Source: Camelus dromedarius
Lineage: Eukaryota
Length of the DNA stretch: 64,000 bases
Direction: 5' to 3'
Assembly: GCF_036321535.1 (NCBI RefSeq)
Contig: NC_087436.1
Span: forward strand, 112,904,001-112,968,000
Both the position numbers and the translations under genes were made by a program. Numbering within the stretch: the first letter of the stretch is position 1; each line of letters opens with the position of its first letter. Below the pieces are notes generated by a model, which worked only from the letters and a program-made list of their open reading frames with translations, searched no databases and had not been told where the DNA came from. Of the stretch, positions 39,867 through 53,569 are shown piece after piece.

Positions 39867-39971
39867 TCATTATTTGCAAGTATTTTCTTCCCTCTGATGG
39901 ATCAGTAGAGCTTAAAAAATATTCTCATATCTTACAGTTTTAACATGATATAAAAGTACAATGAAAAAAAA

Positions 39972-40223
<252 letters not shown>

Positions 40224-40399
40224 CTAGATAAATGAGTGCAATTCTTAACATTCTTAATAAGAAGTGTTCCTTCTAGATCTCGGAGTCATTTATTTAGTTT
40301 TGTTTTTCTATTCAGCTATGTATTAGCAATACAGAAAATGGAAAGCAGCTAAATGTCTTTTTGTTTTGATTGCTAGCATATTTACTTGGTGTATGAGAC

Positions 40400-40850
40400 A
40401 CCAGTTAGTGACCCGGTCACCATCCACTGTTCCCCTCCCTCTTCCTTACATCCCTGAGTTGGAATAGAAACCCATGCAATTCCAGGGACCTGGGTTAAGT
40501 TAATACATTCTGTTCCCCTGGCCTCAGTGTTGATCCACAGGGAAGAGCATATGATCAAGGAAACTTGTGAAAAAGTGATGGCGCATGGGTGATCTCCTGC
40601 TCAGTCAGAACCGTGGGTGCAGATGTGAGTCTTGCCAGGACCCATCCAGCCGTTTGATACCACGAGAAAAGCCAGCCTGAGGATGATGCCGTCACGTGGA
40701 GGAGGGCAGAGTGGGCGACGAGGAAAAATGGTACAGCCCTGATAGCTCCTCACCCTAACTTTTACCTAAATAAGCCAGTAAGTTCTTTTTCTTGCTCAAG
40801 CTTGTTTGAACTAAGTTTTCTGTTACTTGAATTGAATTGTGGCTGAAAAC
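40400..40850. mobile_element. Old MaLR LTR (MLT1J/K-like)
   Basis: gccagcctgaggatgatgcc...aagccagtaagttctttttcttgctcaagcttgtttgaactaagttttctgttacttg. Confidence 0.55.
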
Positions 40851-41435
40851 TTAGCTGTAGAAGTTAAAGGATACGTTTTAGTCAGCGAATAGAATTAAAT
40901 ATCCAAGGTGATACCACACTGTTGAGCCAACAAGGCTTACTGTTTTAGTTTGAGACGGCTCTCTAGGTTTTATTATCCAGCTATAGGATATGAACACACA
41001 GCACTACTGGCAGGCAGTAGAGAATATATATTATCTAGTAATGAGAATTTTTCTTTCCAATGAAAAGCAGTTAGTATAAAATCATATCCTTTAAAAAAAA
41101 ATCTGATCTAGAGTGGTTGGTTTCAGCTTTATGCTCAGTTGAGTCTAATATGCTCTTAGCCAGATAGTTTGAATTTATTTAATACTCCTGCAGTTTTTAA
41201 AAGGTACTATTTTTCATTGGATACTCCTACAAAAAGGGATGGTATTTTCATTGTATAGAGGCATTTTGCTGTTTAATGATTGGTTCATTTTTGCATTTGA
41301 ACTTTTAATCACATTTATCAGTCTGTGCTGCTTCATCTGTGTACTTTGGAGAGCAGTGTAGGTATTTTCATTCCAAAAACCTATTACCGAGCAGTTTCCA
41401 ATTTGAAATGAAGAAACGCACAGACTTCTACCAAC

Positions 41436-41613
41436 CCTGTAGTCTCCCAGCTGCCGGAGCAGCTCTGCCCGGTGGTCGTCTTCCGCGCCTTCTCCTTGAC
41501 TCCTTTCTAACAGAGGCAGGAAGTGGCGCAGGGTGGAGGCGCAGTATCTGTTCCACCGCGTCAGACGGCGTGGCCTCCAGTCCATGATTTTTTCTTTCAG
41601 TATTTTTTCAATC
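41436..41613 (-). CDS. CC2D2A: CC2D2A penultimate exon (178 nt; [25 protein letters not shown]...QLGDYR)
   Basis: aaacag|G...AGG|gttggt; overlaps ORF 41214..41585. Confidence 0.96.
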
Positions 41614-42426
41614 CTGTTTATAAAAAATAAACTCCATTTCTCGGTGACTTGACTTTTCCCTTGTAAGCAGAAATAAAAAATAATGTTTAGAAACTATTAA
41701 AAGAAAGATGTTTTCAGGAATTAGTTGTTCTCTGTGAGGAGCCCAAATCAGGCTTCAAAACTTGCATTTGAGAGTAAACTGGTGTTTTCTAGTAATAATA
41801 CCTCAAAAAGAGTCAGATTTAACCTTATGCAGTTTGACATGCTGCTCTTCACATGGCTTGAGACATTAGAAAGGGCACACTGGCTTTGAAATTGTATCTG
41901 GCTGGGCTCAGAAGCGCCCTCTAACACTTAACATGTATGTGGGCCTCTCTGAGCCTCAGTTTCCATGCTTGTGAAACTGGGAAAATAAGTTATATTTTAC
42001 CAGATTATAAGGTTTATTGGGCCTCAAATGGGCTCTTACCAGCTTTCTGCCTGTGTTAGGTTTATAAAGTAGCTGAAGGTCAGTTAACCACTAATTGGAC
42101 AAAAGCATATTTAAGCTGAAGATTATGACACTGTCTGAACAAGACCCATAAATAACATGATGTCGAACTCAGGTCCGAGGTGAAGCTTTTGGAGAACTAC
42201 CTATCACTGCTGGACTTCACGACTGTGTGTCCCACACCATGTTATATACCACAGCCTTCTTCTGGGCCTTGGGATTTAGAGATCATATCTGTACTTGGTA
42301 TCTATAAACACGAATTGAAATTTAGTTGCCCGAATTATCTCACATCGATGCAGGCTGAGAATTGTTTGGTTTGGTATTAACACTCCTAGTGGCAGGTTGC
42401 ATGTGGATTTATGGGTATCACGTGAC

Positions 42427-42485
42427 CTGTCTTGTAGTTCGGCGGCGGCCACTTTGTCTGTGCGCTGGTAAATTAGCTCTTCTGG
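42427..42485 (-). CDS. CC2D2A: CC2D2A exon (59 nt; PEELIYQRTDKVAAAELQD)
   Basis: ttgtag|CCA...GACAG|gtcacg; phase 0 to 2, matching the next exon. Confidence 0.94.
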
Positions 42486-43699
42486 CTACAAAAGAAAAAA
42501 TAGTTCAGAAATTCTGTAAATCATTTACACTTCATTTCCATAGCTATACATCATTTTCTAAATCTTTTTTAAAAAAATTATAAATTCTCAGACTTTCAGT
42601 TAGATATAGAGAATAATGTAAGAGCTGCCAGTGTATCCATGACCTACCTTATAGTGCTTTGTAGTTCTCTCTCCATTTTACTACCCTTCTCTCTCCTCAC
42701 AGAAGTAACCGTGCCCTGAATTTGTTTTTTAGCACTCTTTCATTCAACATATATTGAACACCTGCTGCGTGCCGCGGACTTTTACAGGTGAGGGGATACA
42801 GCTGTGAATAAAATTCCTGCCCTCATGGTGTTTACATTACAGTCAGTGGAGATAAGCAAATTAGTGAAATGTGTTTATGATTTAACTACAAATGTATGTT
42901 TTCCTAAACAATATATTGTATGGTTTTGCATGTTTTCTAAACTTTATGTAATAATTTTATACTGAGACTATGCAACTTGCTTTTTCTCCTTAACGTTGTA
43001 TTTAGAGATAATAGCAAATGCTATTTTCAAGTATTTACTAAGATTCATTGATATTGACATATTTGTGTAACTACTATAAAATCCATCATATCCCTTTTTC
43101 CTTCTGTCATTCTGTTTCCTAGGTTTCTACAGACAATGTTCCTGTGAAAACTCTTATGTTACCTTGTATACGTAGGAGAACTTATCTATGGTGATTTTTT
43201 TTGAAGCTTTTTTGGGAAAGGTTTGATCCACAGTAAAAAATGCATTTTCTATTAGACACACAGAAAGACATATGTATATACCTAGCTAGCAAGTTTAAAG
43301 TTTTAATCGCATGCTTTACATAATCTACTGCTGTCCAGGTCTCTCTGAATTAATGTTATGAGCCCCTCCTGGGTCATGCTGTACAGTTTGATTTCATGTT
43401 TCAGTGGCAGTGATGAAATTAATTTAGTGAATTGAGACCAGCATTTAAAAAATTACATGGAATATGTTTTGTGGTATTTTTTAAAGTCATGGGATTCTAT
43501 ATCAGAACTTCTTTCATGTATGTATATCCTGGTTCATGATATGATGGTCTATTTCTTATTGTGAGTTGGGCTTAACTAATTTTGAAAATCAAATATTATT
43601 CTAGACTAAATATCTAGGAGTAGAATTAAGGCTCAGAAAATATCTGGCCCCCCAGTATAATGATGTCAAATTCCCCACTTTCTTTGTCTACATTTGTTA

Positions 43700-43843
<144 letters not shown>

Positions 43844-44844
43844 CTAAAAAAGACAAGACTACATCAGCATATATGGTAGCAGACGTCTACGTATATATGC
43901 ATGTGTGTGCAGGTATGTATGGAGACAGCAAGAGAACATGTAGCTTGCACACTGTCATATTTTTATCTGTAAAACTGATGAGAATTTTACAATCAGTGGC
44001 ATCATATAGTTGTCATGAGCCATTTTTCCAGATTTTTTTTATATCTGCAGTTGAGGTACACCTTACTGTTGATTGTATGTTGATGAAATAAGGTAGTTCC
44101 TGGTGATAACCTAGAATTTTTTAGAAGACAGACAAGGCTACTCCTTTCTTGGGCTATTCTCTCCTAACCCTGCTCTTCCCAGCCTCCTCACTGTGTTAAG
44201 TCTCCATCTCTCTGCTTCCATAGCACTCTGTAACCTCTGGTATGTGAGTGGCTGTCTTGTAGCATACTGTAGCATACTGATTCTGGAACCAGACCACTTG
44301 CATTTGCATTCTGGCTCCAACATTTACTACATATGTGACTTTAGACAATTAACTACTGTGTGCCTCAGCTTCCTCCTCTACACAAGTAGGATAATGGTCC
44401 TTACCTCATAAAGTTACTGAGCAGATTAAATGAGTCCTTATTTCAACTGTACCTCTTACAACAATGCCTGGTACATAGTAAGTACTCAAAAAGTGTTAGC
44501 TATCTTATTACTATTATTAGTATTTATCATTGTTTATAATTATCTATCTCACTAGACTATTAAATGTTGCCTTGAGGACATTTGCCATGTGCTTTATTCA
44601 CTGTTGTATCTTTAGCATCTAGCATAGTTCCCAGTCGGCATATGGTAGGCATATGAGTGACTGCGTGCATGAGTGGTAAATTTGTTCATTCAACATAATC
44701 AGCAAGTACCTATTATATTTAGGCTCAGTTCTAATCACTGGGGATAAAGTTGTGAATGAAACAGAGTTTCTACCAACATGCAGTAGCTAAAGAGAAGACA
44801 GTGCAAACAAACAAGTAAACCCATGGAATATCAGATGATACATG

Positions 44845-45210
44845 ATGTAGTAGACTGAACTATTGGCCCCGATTCTCCACTCATTCTATACGCACATCCT
44901 TGGCCCTGTTACTTGGCAGTTCCTACCACTAAAAGGGTAGAAGTATTTCCTTGCCTCTTGGTCAGGAGAATGGGATAGAAAGGTCAGTGTGTAACTTCTG
45001 TGTCCAAGCTTAAGAAGCTCTGTGTGTTCCTGTTTGCCCTCTTGTGCCTCTGCCATCGCCGCTAGTCCCAGAATAAAAACGCATGAAGCAGAGCTGTCCC
45101 TGCCCAGAACCATCCCTGCTGACCCACAGTTGCATAAGAGTAATTGTCTGAAGCCATCTAGTTTGAAGACGGGGTTTTACTATTTTATTGTGGCAATAGC
45201 TAAGCTTACA
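44845..45210. mobile_element. MaLR LTR (MLT1H-like)
   Basis: tgtagtagactg...ttggcagttcctaccactaaaagggtagaagtatttcc...ttattgtggcaatagctaagcttaca. Confidence 0.6.
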
Positions 45211-45695
45211 AACTCTGTGGAGAAAACTGCAGGAAGAGGTGAAATTTTAGGGTAAGCAGAGAAGTTTTCACTGGAAAGATAGCTTTTGATCATAGATATA
45301 AGAAGTAAGTGACAAATTAATGAAGATATCTGATAAGGGGAAGGGTCATCTATGCAGAGGAACTAGCAGATGCAAAGTGCTTGATGTGTTTGAGGAACAA
45401 GAAGAAGACAGTGACTTCAGAGGAGTGAGCAAATTAGAGCAAGAAAGAGGATCAGCAGAAGATGTGGGGGCAGGGCAGTTGTCAGATCATAGAAGGCCTT
45501 GTGAGCCACTTTAAAGATTTAAGCTTTGACTCGTAAGTGACTAAGAAGCCACTGGAGTATTTTAAGCAGAGGAGTGACATAATTTACCTTCTATTTTAAC
45601 AGGAATATTCTTTGTTCTTTTGAGATTAAACAGAAGAGGGTAGATTCAAGTAGGTAAGTCTCCTGTTGGGCTATTTTGAATAGTCCAGATGAGAA

Positions 45696-46843
45696 TATAC
45701 AAAAATAAACTCAAAATGGATTAAAGACCTAAATGTAAGACCAGATACTTTAAAACTCCTAGAGGAAAATAAAGAACACTCTTTGACATAAATTGCAGCA
45801 ATATTTTTTTGGATCTGTCTCCTAAAGTAAAGGAAATAAAAACAAAAATTAACAAATGAAACCTAATTAAACTTAAAAGCTTTTGCACAGCAAAGGAAAC
45901 CATCAACAAGATAAAAAGAGAACCTGCTGAATGGGAGATTTGTAAATGATATGACTGATAAGGGGTTAGTATTTGACATGTATAAAAAGCTCACACAACT
46001 CAACATCAAAAAAATAAGCAACCAGGTTGAAAAATGGGCTGAAGAACTACATAGACATTTTTCCAAAGAGGAAATGTAGATGGCGAAAAGGCACATGAAA
46101 AGGTGCTCGGCATTGCTAATCATCAGGGAAATGCAAATTTAAATCACAGTGAGCTATTACCTCACACCTGTCAGAATGCTGTCATCAAATAAGAACACAA
46201 ATGTTGGTGAAGATATAGAGGAAAGGGAACCCTCTTATACTGTTGGTGGGAATGAAAATTGGTGCAGCCACTTTGGAAAACAATGTGAAGGTTTCTCAAA
46301 AACCTAAAATTAGAACTACCATATGACCCAGTAGTTGCACTTCTGTGTATATATCTGAAAAAAACAAAAACACTAATCCGGAAGGATGGATGTACCCCAG
46401 AGTTCATAGCAGCATTATTTACAGTTGCCAAGATACGGAAGCAACCTAACCATCCATCAACAAATGTATCAAGATGTGGTATATGTATACAACGGAATAC
46501 TATTCAGTCATAAAAAAGAACAAAATATTGCCCTTTGCAGCAACATAGATGGACTTGGAGGGCATTATGCCAAGTGAAATAAGGCAAACAGAAAGACAAG
46601 ATACAGTATGATATCACTTATATGTGGACTCTAAAAAATAAAACAAACTAGTAACGGTAACAAAAAAAACCACACTCAGATACAGAGAACAAACTAGTGG
46701 TTACCAGTGGTGGGAGGTACACACTACTGGGTCTAAGATAAGCTACAGGGGTGTACTGTACAACATGGGTAATATAGCCAGTATTTTATAATAACTGTAT
46801 GGAATGTGACCTTTAAAATTGTATAAAAATTTAAAAAATAAAT
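45696..46843 (+). mobile_element. 5'-truncated L1 (ORF2 C-terminus + 3' UTR) inserted into an L2
   Basis: tacaaaaataaactcaaaatggattaaagacctaaatgtaagacc...; imperfect TSD aatagtccagatgagaa / aataatccaggtgaaag. Confidence 0.88.
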
Positions 46844-46859
46844 AATAATCCAGGTGAAA

Positions 46860-48330
46860 GCTACAGTGGTATGGACAAAAATGGTAGCAGTTGAAGGCAG
46901 AGCCAGTAGAATTGGCTGATGGATTGGATGTCAGAGAAAGAAAGGAATCAAACATGTTTCCAAGGATTTTGACCTAAGTAACTGGATTGATGGAGTTGCC
47001 ATTTATTGAGATCAGAAAGACTGCAAAAGGAAACTGGGAGTTTAATTTGGGCATGTTAGTTACATGAAAGTGTTGAGTAGGTAGTTGGACATTTGAGTCT
47101 GAAGTTCTGGGAGCTAGGTGAGATAGAGATACAGATTTGGGGGTCATCAGCTTGTGTGTGTTCCTAGGGGGAAGTATAGATAGAAAAGGGGTTTGATGAA
47201 CTTTGAGGATCCCTGGTTTTTCAAATTTGGAGAAATAACAAAAAGCAGCAAAGGTCACAGAAAAGTGGCAGCCAAGGAGGTAGGAGGCCTTGATCCTTGG
47301 AATCCAAATCAAGCAATTGTTTTAAGAAGACAAAATCTTTCAGAACTACACTTTGGCTATAGGGTAGGGAATGTGTTAGAAAAGCAGTGAGAAATAACAC
47401 TGAGGAAAGAGCTGAAGTCAGGTTACATAAAGGCTTTCAAATAAAAGGTGAGAAGTTTATTCTAAAATCTGTATACAGTGAGGTACTGTCAATACTTTTT
47501 GAGCCATCAAATGATGAAAGCTGAACATTCGGAAACATCAGGTGTCAGTGTACCAAATAATGGACTGAACTGAAGACAGATGATTAAGTTGACTACAGTA
47601 ATGCAGGATGAGACGATAATGGCATGACTGGAAAACAGAAGAGGTAGAATCTATGTGACTTGGTATCTATTAATAGGATTGAATTAGAAAGAAGTAAGGG
47701 GGGGGGGAATCAAGGACAGTTCTGGGGTTTGAATCCGGGTAATTGACATCCATAGAAATAGGAAGGCCTGGAGGAGGAGCTGTTTTTAGAGACAAAGGAG
47801 AAGTAATTTGAGTTATGGACATCCTGAATTTGAGACTTTGACAAAGCACCTGGGTGTCCAGCAAACAGCTGAAAGTTGAGGACCCAAAGATTCTGGTCAG
47901 AATGATGACTTCCTTGCCAGGATAAACTAGTTAGAGCTATGATGAATAATAATAGGTATGGTCCTGCAAGAAATCTAAATAGAGAATTTTCAGAAAATCT
48001 ACTTTTAAGGTGTGGGAAGAAGAGCCAGTGAAAGAAACCTAAGAAGCTATTGCAGAGAAATGAAAACAGTCCTTTATCAGTAAACCAAAGACGGGAAGGT
48101 GTTGTGTCATGAGCCATAAAAGGGAGAGGAGAGTGAGGATGCGAGTATACCATTGGATTTATTTATCTATCCATTAGTAAGACAATGGTACGTCTCAGAG
48201 TTTATTTCTGTAAAATGGTCGGGAAGAGGAGCTAGATTATAGGGGGTTCAAGTCTGAGTTTACTGAGAAAGTGGAAGCCAGAGGATATAATTAGTATTTA
48301 AAGAATTTTGGAAAGAGAGGGGCAATGGTA
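46860..48330 (-). mobile_element. L2 remnants (continuous with L2 pieces at ~44690-45690)
   Basis: ggattggatgtcagagaaagaaaggaatcaa...ggagttgccatttattgagat...gatttgggggtcatcag. Confidence 0.6.
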
Positions 48331-49284
48331 GTTTGGGGTGTAGCCAGGTGGGGAGAACACAGCTTAGAATTGTTGGACTTCTGAGCCCATCTAGAGGTTG
48401 AGAAGGAGCGAGAAAACATATAGAGCCAAGTTGGAACAATTAACGGAGCCAAATGTTGGAGTAGTAATGGAAACACACACATGGGTGGAGAAGGAGGCTT
48501 CCGTCTTGGCAAAGGAGTGAAGGAAGAGAAAGACTGACAGTCCAAAGAGGTGGTGCGGTGGAGCAGAGGGCAGTTGAGGTCCCTAGAGTGCCAGGCCAAC
48601 AAAGCGAGCCTGACCGTCCTCTCCTGCGCATGGCCGGGGCTTAGAGCAGGTTCAGAACAGCTGCCGTGAGGGATGGCTGGCATCATGAGCCTGTCTGGTC
48701 AGAAGAGGAGAAAAGGGGGTCTGTCTTCCTCACAAGACTTGAGCTTTATGGAAATTAGTCAATCATACAGTAATTGTTTTGAGAACTAATGATAATTTTG
48801 ACGGAAAGTGGAGTTCTTTGAAGGCTTTTTCAATACCTGTTGACTCTGCCTGATTGCTAATATGACCTTAGAATGGTTCTCCACATGTAGATGGAGCTTT
48901 TAATTAAAAATAATAATTAACATGCAGATGGCGCTCTACAATGCTCTTTTCACATTGTAATTAATAACAATTATCATTTGCCGAATACCTATGAAAGACA
49001 AGTACTTCGCCGGATGCTTGCCATGTATTTCTAATTTTGGCAGTAATCCTGAAGAGCAGACTGGTGGTCTGCAAAGCAGGGGGCACATCACAGGGATGTG
49101 AGAAGAGAATATTAGATCTTCTAATTATTTATTTTTACTTCAAGAGTTTCTTCTGTGTATAATATAAATAATATAACGACACATATATAACTTATAAATG
49201 AAAAAAACATATATTGGGGATGCATGCTTAAATGATTTTTCTGACAGAGATCACTACGGTTAGACAGTGATTTAAAAAACAGTC

Positions 49285-49520
49285 ACGTTAGCCAACACAG
49301 TTGCTACTGTGTGTTAGCTGCTTTGCATTGATTATCTCATTTACTTCTCACAACTACTCTACGAAGAAATGACTAGGAAATACCTTCATTTTACCAATGA
49401 AGAAACTGAGGCTGTATAAGATTAAGAAACTTTCCTAAGATCACACAGCTAGTAAATGATGAAGCTGGCATTTAAATTCAGGCAGTCTGATCCCATAACT
49501 CGTGTTTTTGAACAGTGCTT
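49285..49520 (-). mobile_element. MIR SINE
   Basis: cattttaccaatgaagaaactgaggct...aagatcacacagctagtaaatgatgaagctggcatttaaattcaggcagtctga; other MIR pieces at ~7970-8130, 38320-38545, 44270-44520 and 62660-62850. Confidence 0.75.
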
Positions 49521-50002
49521 TCTACAGGACCCTTCGTAATTAAATGCGCCTCCCCCCGCGAAACCGGGTGCAACTGGATCATCTGATGGTACATGGGAAT
49601 CTCTTAAGAAAAAAGGAAAAAGAAGAAAGGAAGAAAAGTCTTTTCAGGTGATAAATGTGCCTTATTTAGTTCTCCAGCACTACGAATTAGGCATTGTAAA
49701 TACGTATTTTGGAAAGGAAGACGGGGCAGAGCCAGGATACAATCTCAGGTCCTCTGAATCTAAATCCTACATTCTTCTTTAGCCTCATTCTGCATCTTGC
49801 CGATTGGGTGACTAATTCAACCAAAAATTGTTATTTAGGACCGTTCTGCCACTGTGCTTGATGCTACATTTCTTTAAATGGTATATGTAGATGTTTATAT
49901 AAAATTTTTGATATGTAACATGTTATTAAAGTCAGTAGGTCAAAAAAAAAAAAACAAGCAATAGTCAACCGACTGTATTTAAGAGGAAATGGTACTACTT
50001 AC

Positions 50003-50137
50003 ATTATCAGGACCTATTAAACAGCCCACACTTTTTAAGGGACAGAATGTATCAAATTGTCCATAAAAATGTCCGCTGCAGGGATTCCATATTAAATAGT
50101 GACTTTGCTCCCGAGTTAGCACATAGGCAGTTGGGCC
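50003..50137 (-). CDS. CC2D2A: CC2D2A exon (135 nt; [45 protein letters not shown])
   Basis: cttcag|GGC...AAT|gtaagt; open frame. Confidence 0.96.
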
Positions 50138-50427
50138 CTGAAGGAAAATAGCCATTAAAACAGTTTCTGATTAATTATGCAATTCGGGTCGAGAGTAGTT
50201 CACAGATAATCATAACTTTAGTTGGGCCCTGTTTTCTAAACCCCATGGCTAATGGTGAAAATTAGTTTGAAGTTCTAGATTGTGCTGGACTGAAAAATAA
50301 AATCAAGTTTATTTTTGCAAAATTCTTGCATGTGCTACTAGTGCAGTGTAAGTGACCCCACAGGGATAGGAGAAGTGTGTTACTCCAACCAATATTCTTT
50401 AAAAGAATTAATTAAATGGGATATATA

Positions 50428-51225
50428 TTTTTTCAGTTTTATTGAGATAAAACTGACATCCAGCACTGTATAAGTTTAAGGTGTACAACGTGATTTGACT
50501 TCCATACTTCATGAAATGATTACCACAGTAGGTTTAGCGAACATGTATCGTCTCAAATAACATTAAAGAAACAAAAAAATTTTTCTTATCATGAGAATTC
50601 TTAGGATTTACTCTCTTAATAGCTTTCATTTATAATGCACAGCAGTTTTCATTTTTTCTTTTAGGCTTTTTATTCAACCTCTTTAATACTGTAACTGTAT
50701 CATCTCCTTTCTTCCACACCTAGAATTAAAATTCTCAAAAACATGGAATGATAGAATGAAAAAATTACATAATTACTCATTAACTTTTCCCCTTATTACC
50801 TGTATACATGTCTCAGAATAACAGCAGTAATTCTACCATGAGCACTTTTAGTTATCTTTATTGTGTTGTACATTACTTGTTTATCTTATAACTGGAGCTT
50901 TGTACCTTTTGCTTACCTTTATCTAATTCCCCTTCCCTGCTACTCCCTGCCTCTGGTAGACACAAATCGATCTCTTTTCTGTGGGTGTTTGTCTGTTTGT
51001 TTTTGAAGTGTAATTGACCGACAACAGTATGTTAGTTCCGGGTATACAACATAGTGATATTTCTATTCATTTCAGAATGATCACCATGATCAGCCTAGTT
51101 GTCATCTGTCGCCATACAAAGGTGTTACATAATTGCTGACTATATCCCCCACACTGTACATTTCATACCTGTGACTCACGTATTTTAGAACTAAAAGTTT
51201 GTACTTTTTAATCTCCCTCACCTCA
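50428..51225 (-). mobile_element. L1 3'-end fragments (L1MA9-like) with a nested insert
   Basis: tttattgagataaaactgacatccagcactgtataagtttaaggtgtacaac...tttatcttataactggagctttgtacctttt. Confidence 0.7.
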
Positions 51226-51548
51226 CTCCTTGGCATGAATGACACTTAGATCACTAAGGAAATCAGAATTCTTAGTAACAGAGGCTGGAGGGAGCTCATA
51301 CTAAAAAGACAGAGCTAGGTAGGGTCTATGGGTGCGAAAGGGCTCAGATTTGCCAAAAACACCCTGCAGCATTTATTGTGTAGGGCCCAAGTACCCTCAA
51401 AACCATTTTGTGTCTTACCACTGGAATTTCTGGACCACTTTCCTTGCAACTCAAAGGACTGTTATGAAGAAACTCCTGTCCATGACTTGGAACATAACAC
51501 AACCACGTTAGACAATGACGCTGTTAGAGCCGTCCTGCCTGGCCTTAC

Positions 51549-51662
51549 CTCGGGAATGGCACTGCCCATCACCAGCCAGGCCTTCTTCCCCAGGGACAGG
51601 AAATAATTGCATAACAATACTGCATGCTCTTCTTCATCTCCTGCCAGGAGATCAAGAAATTG
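51549..51662 (-). CDS. CC2D2A: CC2D2A exon (114 nt; [38 protein letters not shown])
   Basis: tgtcag|CAA...GAG|gtaagg; within ORF 51462..51701. Confidence 0.97.
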
Positions 51663-52004
51663 CTGACAAAAAGAAAAAAGAAAAAAAAAAAGATGTTGCA
51701 CTGACTGACTGCTTCACTCTACATGGGCTGTACAGAATTTTAAAAAGTTATTGTTAAAATTAGTGCCTTAAAGCATAAGACCTATTTTAAAAATATTTTT
51801 TCCAAATTTTGGTGCTGTGTTGTTAATTCAATAAAATTAAAAAAACCACTTTTAGTTGGACATGATGTTTTCTCTGACACTGATGACACAGGCTTCTAGA
51901 ATCAGTTACGAGGTGGGGTGGGGGAGACAAATTTCAAAGGTTAAACTTTTTTTATTTTGAATTTATATATGATAGCTCCCTATGTGCTAAACACTTTTTA
52001 AAAG

Positions 52005-52310
52005 CTTGATTTTTTTTAGAGCAGTTTTAGGTTCACAGCAAAGGAATTCCCGGATTTTTCTTGCTCCCATACAGGCACAGCCTCCCACTATCAACATGCC
52101 CCACCAGAGCGGTACACGTGTTACAACCGATAAACCTACCTGGACACACTGTCTAATTACCCAAAGTCCATAGTTTATACGTAAGGTTCACTCTCGGTGT
52201 TATACATTCTGTGGGTGTTGACAACTCCGTCATTACAGCATCATGCAGAGTGTCTTCATTGACCTGAAAATCCTCTGTGCTCTGCCTGTTCATATCCTCC
52301 AACCCTGCCA
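52005..52310 (-). mobile_element. L1MC/MD-like 3' end
   Basis: ttttagagcagttttaggttcacagcaaa...ccccaccagagcggtacacgtgttacaaccgataaacctac. Confidence 0.75.
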
Positions 52311-53182
52311 CCACACTGCTTTAAGCACATTGCATGCATTAATTCACTTAATCCTAGAATAAACCTTTGGGGGTGATACTCTTCCCATTTTACAGATGAG
52401 GAAGTGGAGGCACAGAGAGATAAGGCATCACCTCGGAAGTGGTCAAGATAGTCTGACTCTAGAGCATATTAATTATTCTATTCTTTGTATATCTTCTTAT
52501 GGATATCTTGAGGTTATGGAAATTTTATCTTTAAAATTGTCAACATTATGTTGCCAAAATATATTGGAGAAAAAATTTTAAAGTATACTTAAATTTCTTT
52601 CATTTAGAGCTATCCTTCAAAGGGAGTTGTATAACACAGTTCAATTTTATGCAAACACAGTGTGATGTGAGATTCAGAAGCAGAATGAATACCAGTGATA
52701 ATACATGTTTGTTTCATACTACTGAAGACCCATTTGTAAGTTTGTGTAGCGTGCATTGGTTGTAAGTTCCATGAGGTCAGAGGCCATGTTTATTTTGCTC
52801 ATAGCCAGAACTCGGCACAGTGTCTACTACGTGATAGGTGACCAAGAAATCCATACTGAATGACTAATAACATGCTTTCAGATGCCCGTAAATTAAGGAA
52901 TATGCAATTTTCAAATGTAATATATATTGTGATTTTGATTATTTAATAAATAAAATTGGGATGTTGTTAAAGTAACATTGGGAGGATAAAATAGCATTAA
53001 GATATCTGAAGTGGGATGTGTGTGTGTGTGCGCACAAATAATTACTTTTCTTTCTTTAACTTCTGAACTTTGGGCAACTTGAACCAGGAAGAAAAAAAAT
53101 ACTTCAGAATTTAGCTCATCCTGCTAAAGAGATGGCCATGTAGATTTTTATAATGACTAATGAGTGTTGCAATTTAAAATTA

Positions 53183-53395
<213 letters not shown>

Positions 53396-53569
53396 TTATT
53401 TCTTGCAAGAAAGTTTCATATATCACAAACATTTATGTGAATGAAATGAAACAAATGCTCACAAGTGCAGCTAAGTGTTGTGTTAATACTATCTCATTTA
53501 ATCTTCTCTAAACATCCTGAGGAGGATTACTGTCAGCATCCACCCATCTTTTACAGATGGAGGAACTGG

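Noticed and set aside
48882..48936. CTCF-like CATGCAGATGGCGC and a nearby imperfect 16-bp direct repeat
   Set aside because: The 5' half of the motif mismatches and it lies in MIR-like debris; cannot be supported without ChIP data
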